Shown: positions 59,548 to 64,000 of the stretch, piece after piece
How the letters are laid out: each line of letters opens with the position of its first letter
Numbering within the stretch: the stretch's first letter is position 1
NCBI GenBank assembly: GCA_965219575.1
Contig: OZ244779.1
Location: 460,769-524,768 of the forward strand
DNA from: Candidatus Oxydemutatoraceae bacterium
GTDB lineage: Bacteria > Pseudomonadota > Gammaproteobacteria > Poriferisulfidales > Oxydemutatoraceae
Length of the DNA stretch: 64,000 bases
Direction of reading: 5' to 3'
Position numbers and translations under genes: made by a program
Notes under the pieces: generated by a model
Database searches by the model: none
What the model was told of the DNA's origin: nothing
The model's input: only the letters and a program-made list of their open reading frames with translations

Positions 59548-59676
59548 GGAATGGCAGTAACAGTTTTACGATGCCAGATACATATGGGACCCTGTAAATC
59601 ACTGACACTCACTTAAAATCATCGCTGGTATTCAGGGGAGTTTCCCGATAAACAGAGCAACTAAATAAAGATCACT

Positions 59677-59799
59677 AACCACTGGGCATTCAAATCGAAC
59701 ATTCCGATGAGTTGGAGACACTGCGTTCCCGTATGGATGCTGCCGATATCACCACATACGGGGATGGTGAAACGACTTGTTGCTATGCTAAATCCGATG
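59677..59799 (+). pseudogene. Fragment of an ArsI/CadI-like VOC (glyoxalase) gene
   Basis: Translates GIQIEHSDELETLRSRMDAADITTYGDGETTCCYAKSD; TTCCYA is the family signature; no start or end. Confidence 0.7.
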
Positions 59800-60007
59800 A
59801 TGTGACATTCAAGCAATTAAGAGAGCGCATAGAGGGAGGAACTGTTACGTTTTGTTTCTGACGATTGATGCTACAATAATCACCAGTTATTAGTAAGAGA
59901 GGGCTGATATAAAAATAAACCATAGTGCATCGCTAGAGGATTAGTAGAAAACGCAATAACTTGTTTGATTTTTTACCGGCGAGGTACTAATAATCGGAGA
60001 TATAAGA

Positions 60008-60433
60008 ATGAGAACAACTTTTCTGGAGCTTCTATCAAATGATCCTATATTTTAGGGAATTATATACTTAAATACATAAATCACTCTCGCTTCTCTAGCT
60101 TAAAGCGAGTATTTAGTTCCTTATTTGTGGGGTTTTTGTTCTAATGCTTTGTGCGATCAGGGTAGGCTTTAGCAACACCTCTTTTTATCTCCATAGGTTA
60201 TTTATGTATCATTGTGTCACAAAATTAAAATAAATAAAACCTTAAATAACCCCTGATTTATATAGCTTTCATTGATCAGTTATGTATTTAAGTATATAAT
60301 TCCTATATTTTATGGGTTGTTAATAAGTATCATGGCTTTTTACCTTGGCTGTGGTATCGTAAAATTTATAAATGATATCCTAGATCTTGTATGGAAATGC
60401 AAAGACCGAATAAAGAATAAGAACAAAGATTAA
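60008..60433 (+). pseudogene. Small membrane-protein gene interrupted by a MITE
   Basis: Removing 60055-60304 and one TSD restores MRTTFLELLSNDPIFYGLLISIMAFYLGCGIVKFINDILDLVWKCKDRIKNKNKD*. Confidence 0.75.
60055..60304. mobile_element. 250-bp non-autonomous MITE derived from the IS1595 element
   Basis: Same TIRs and subterminal sequence as 36684-38031 with the transposase deleted; 8-bp TSD ATATTTTA. Confidence 0.92.
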
Positions 60434-60670
60434 TAACTACCGTATTACCTAACTCACTTTGGAGGAAACCAAGTTTACGGACATAAGTTAGATGTCGCCA
60501 TTCTGCCTGCAAAGTTCTTCAGAGAAAGAACGATTATCAGCAACGCTGCCCAGCCCTATCTGCGAAGAACCACTAAGTGTATTCAGTGGTGCTTGGGGGA
60601 TTATGGTATAATTCAAAGAACCTTAGATTAACGAATTTAAGTAATTGAATAGAACTGAAAATAAACGGCT

Positions 60671-62167
60671 ATGAACAGACATTTGAATGACACACATCAG
60701 CAGGAAAGACGCAATGAAAGTGACGTTACCCCATTTTTATTACCATATACAAAGTTAGTTTTCATGCTATAGCCTCCGCAAATACACTTGGGGGTTGATA
60801 ACCCAATGCGCTGTGCGGACGCACTTCATTATAATCTATTCGCCAGGCTTCTATAATCTCTCTCGCCTCTTTTATTGAACGAAACCAGAACTGGTTCAGA
60901 CAACCGTCTCGGAACTTGCCGTTGAAACTTTCTACAAAGGCATTCTGGGTCGGTTTGCCGGGTTGGATAAAGTCCAATTCCACCTGCTGATCTCGGCTCC
61001 AGTGGAACATCGCCTTGCATCTAAACTCGGTGCCATTGTCGCAGACGATGCGTGCCGGCTTCACACCGAGCCATTCTATCAATTCGGATAGATAGTTTGC
61101 TACGCGTTGACCGGTGATCGAAACATCAACAATCTGTCCGACACATTCACGGCTGAAGTTATCTACTATGTTCAATACCCGAAAGCATCTGCCGTCGCTA
61201 AACTGGTCATGCACAAAGTCCATTGACCAGCACTCATTCACCGTTGCCGGTGTTTTCGGCACGCCACGCGGATGACACAGCTTCTTGCGCTTCTTGGTTC
61301 TCAATTCGAGCCTGAGCTTCTTATAAAGCCTATAGGTACGCTTCACATTGACGACCCGGCCTTCGCTCTTCAAAAGCGCATGCAACATCTTATAGCCATA
61401 ATGTGGATATTGCTTTGCCTTCTCCAATAACGCAGCTTCCAGTTGACGATCTTTATCGGCTTGGTTGCCCTGATAGCGATATGCAGTGCGACTAATACTG
61501 GCAAGGGCACACGCAGTGCGTTCACTATGCCGACCCGCGCTCACTAGATCTTTGACAATCTGCTTGCGTTGCGCCGGCTTTACCACTTTTTTGATAATAC
61601 CTCCTTAAGTGTTTCACACTGCATCACCGATTCAGCCAATAGCTTCTTGAGCTTGCTATTATCGGCTTCAAGCTCTCGCAGGCGTTTAGCTTCTGCCACT
61701 TCCATGCCATTATACTTGCTGCGCCAGCGATAAAATGTCTGTTCGGCGATGCCTAGATCACGACAGATATCGATTACTTTCATGCCGGCTTCGTTTGACT
61801 TTAATGCCTTAATGATTTGTTCTTCACTAAAACGTTTTCTCTTCATGTTAAGTTCTCCTGTAATGTTTTTAACTTCTCTAGTTTATCGGAAAAACTAACT
61901 TTAAGCATTAGTACTAAATTTTGGGAGAACGTCAAAAGTATTAGCTTAGTTGATTTACTAACGCTGCTACTCATTGGCATAATAGGTTCGGCTATAGTTC
62001 TTTGGGGGATTCTAGAAGACGATATTATTGTTTATACGTTAGGAATAATTATTATGTGTGTTCTTTTAGCTTATGGTGTTATGAAATTTATCATAAATGT
62101 CTTAAATCTTGTTTGGCGACTCAAAGATCGCGCAAGAATAAGCGAAAGATCAATAACTAGAACCTAA
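60671..62167 (+). pseudogene. Small membrane-protein gene interrupted by IS3
   Basis: MNRHLNDTHQQERRNES joins in frame across the IS to ISLVDLLTLLLIG...KFIINVLNLVWRLKDR. Confidence 0.7.
60721..61934 (-). mobile_element. Complete IS3-family (IS407-group-like) element, 1214 bp; orfA 61580-61846, orfB 60762-61586
   Basis: TG...CA imperfect TIRs, 4-bp TSD AAAG, A6G frameshift window, WSMDF / DNGTEF / QNAFVESFN DDE motifs. Confidence 0.95.
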
Positions 62168-62483
62168 ACTACTGCCACCCCTCCACAGGAGGGGAATAAT
62201 ACTCTTCAACAGCCCCACATATATACTTTTTGGGTTCCGTACCCCCCTATATCTGCGGTTATTCTATGATAAAATCAGCCACAGGAAACGAGTAGCGAGT
62301 ATAGGACGAGTGATAATTCAAATAAATAGGTGGTCGGTTGATAAGGTAATCAGGCGTTGGGCGACACAACGGGTCTATGAAGTAGTGACACGGCAGTCTT
62401 AAGAGGTGATTTCAAAGTATATGCGTGAGCATCAAACATGCGGCAAAAGAAGTCGCTTTTTCCGGCAAAGGAGTTATGGCAAT

Positions 62484-63056
62484 GTGCAGCAAGGTGAATC
62501 GGCACCGTATGCGGTCGTCGCTTCGGTGTTGCTATTGCTCTCCTTGCTTCTCGTGTCGGCATCTGCGTTGTATGCCGACGGACATTCGGGTTTGGGTCCG
62601 GTAATCCCCAAGGCTAAGGGTGAGCAGTGTGTAGAACCGACGGAGGTCATGCGTCGGCGGCACCACGAGTTTATATTGCATCAGCGTGATGATACCGTGA
62701 TTGAGGGGATACGCACCGAGCAATACCGATTTACCCGTTGCATAGATTGTCATGTGCAGCCGACTGCGGCGGGCGAGTATCCGCGCCACAGCGACGATAC
62801 GCATTTCTGCACCGCATGTCATCTTTATAGCAGTGTGAGCATAGATTGTTTTCAGTGCCATGCAGATCGTCCTGCGCAAGCCTACACCACTATCAAATCA
62901 AAGCCCGAATCGGACTTGAAGGCGTTATCGGATATGAAACAACCGCAAAGCGGGTTATCATTGCAGTTTATACAAAAGCATTTAGGTGATGTTGAGAAAA
63001 CAAACGGCAATGAACGAGTGAGTAGTAATGAACAAGCAAGTGGCAATGGACGATAA
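62484..63056 (+). CDS. dsrJ: DsrJ periplasmic triheme cytochrome c
   Basis: CVEPTEVMRRRH..HQRDDTV..GIR; CIDCH, CTACH, CFQCH; AAGGAG RBS before GTG 62484 (start uncertain). Confidence 0.9.
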   Translation: MQQGESAPYAVVASVLLLLSLLLVSASALYADGHSGLGPVIPKAKGEQCVEPTEVMRRRHHEFILHQRDDTVIEGIRTEQYRFTRCIDCHVQPTAAGEYPRHSDDTHFCTACHLYSSVSIDCFQCHADRPAQAYTTIKSKPESDLKALSDMKQPQSGLSLQFIQKHLGDVEKTNGNERVSSNEQASGNGR

Positions 63057-63822
63057 AAATCTAAATACTTCGGCAGCCTCCGACTTGCCTCTTTCCAAAG
63101 GGCGGCGTGAGTTTATCCGCAAGGGAGGGGCGTTGATGGGTGGATTGACGATTGCGCCGGGTGTTTTTTTATACAGCATGCCGCATGCGAAGCCGGCGGA
63201 TCAACCGGTGACCGATGCGGTGCGGTGGGGGATGTTGGTTGATGTCAATGCGTGTGCCGACGGTTGCAGTGCCTGTGTGGAGGCGTGCAACGAGGAGCAC
63301 GGTTTGCAGAGCTTGGGACGACCGGCGACCGATGCGCAATGGATACGCAAGCTAACCGTGCGAGATAAAACAACCGGGAATAAAAAATCGTTTCCGGTGA
63401 TGTGTCAGCATTGCGAGAAGCCGCCGTGTGTGGATGTTTGCCCGACGGGCGCATCGTTTCGGCGTGCCGACGGTATCGTATTGGTGAACAAGCATACTTG
63501 CATCGGCTGTCGTTATTGTATGATGGCGTGTCCTTATAAGGCGCGTTCGTTCATACACGAGACACTAACCGATCAACTGCCCCATGCCCCGCGTGGCAAA
63601 GGCACCGTCGAGAGCTGTACCTTATGCGTTCATAAGGTAGACCGTGGCGACGGCACCACCGCTTGTGTAGAGGCCTGTGAAAGAGCGGGACACAATGCGT
63701 TGATTTTCGGCGATCTGAACGATCCCGAGAGCGAGATTTCGCAGCGTTTGGGAAAATATGGAGGGACACAAATCCGAGCCGATTTAGGGCTGAACACCGG
63801 CGTGCGTTATCAAGGCATCTAA
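63028..63822 (+). CDS. dsrO: DsrO periplasmic 4Fe-4S protein
   Basis: Tat motif RREF, RWGMLVD, CQHCEKPPCVDVCPTG, CIGCRYCMMACPY; follows dsrJ. Confidence 0.92.
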   Translation: MNKQVAMDDKNLNTSAASDLPLSKGRREFIRKGGALMGGLTIAPGVFLYSMPHAKPADQPVTDAVRWGMLVDVNACADGCSACVEACNEEHGLQSLGRPATDAQWIRKLTVRDKTTGNKKSFPVMCQHCEKPPCVDVCPTGASFRRADGIVLVNKHTCIGCRYCMMACPYKARSFIHETLTDQLPHAPRGKGTVESCTLCVHKVDRGDGTTACVEACERAGHNALIFGDLNDPESEISQRLGKYGGTQIRADLGLNTGVRYQGI

Positions 63823-63825
63823 GCG

Positions 63826-64000
63826 ATGGAAAACACCGCGCATAAATTAATCCGTTATAGTTCTATGCCCGCGAATAGTTCGGGCTTTTTTATATTGCTG
63901 GGGACTTTCGGGTTGCTGGTATCGGCAGGCATAGCGGCTGCCTATTATATGGAACATCACGGGCATTATGTGACCGGCATGAGCAACCAAGTCGTTTGGG
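63826..64000 (+). CDS. dsrP: DsrP (NrfD-family membrane protein), 3'-truncated by window edge
   Basis: MENTAH...AAYYMEHHGHYVTGMSNQVVW, directly after dsrO. Confidence 0.88.
   Translation, partial: MENTAHKLIRYSSMPANSSGFFILLGTFGLLVSAGIAAAYYMEHHGHYVTGMSNQVVW

Noticed and set aside
25907-61934. Inversion or composite transposon between the two inverted IS3 copies
   Set aside because: The right copy has its own intact TSD and interrupts a reconstructable gene, the copies are diverged, and dsrL/dsrJ keep normal relative orientation.
28941-62300. Prophage or integrative conjugative element
   Set aside because: No integrase, structural, replication or conjugation genes, and no flanking att repeats were found.

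Overview
Bacterial (probably gammaproteobacterial) chromosomal window with three parts. (1) 1-25.6 kb is a lanthanide/PQQ methanol-oxidation cluster: xoxF-xoxG-xoxJ, a CXXCW rhodanese, pqqABCDE followed by a prolyl aminopeptidase, a porin, NitT/TauT ABC genes, dsbC, a MotA/ExbB-like four-gene module, a very acidic outer-membrane protein and pedA1A2BC-like ABC genes. Intergenic spaces contain a family of mosaic palindromic MITE/REP repeats. (2) Reverse-dissimilatory sulfite reductase genes dsrL (27-29 kb) and dsrJOP (62.5-64 kb), normally adjacent, are separated by about 33 kb. (3) That interval is a generally more AT-rich defence/accessory island. It holds tandem EcoRI-family adenine methyltransferases with a DUF262-HNH nuclease, a leaderless wHTH gene followed by an anticodon-less tRNA-like RNA, a Vsr/C5-MTase/GHKL-REase locus inactivated by IS1595, and an Rpn gene. 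It also holds a five-gene SIS-HAD/PRTase/ATPase/Rossmann/PfkB operon bracketed by IS3-type inverted ends, a kexin-like subtilase, a four-gene PAPS-reductase-like/GHKL-ATPase operon, an AAA ATPase, gene fragments, and IS3/IS1595 elements with MITE derivatives. The best candidates for undescribed systems are the five-gene operon (39.9-47.1 kb), the four-gene operon (52.3-57.2 kb) and the wHTH + tRNA-mimic unit (32.6-33.2 kb). All calls come from reading motifs by eye; no database searches were run.
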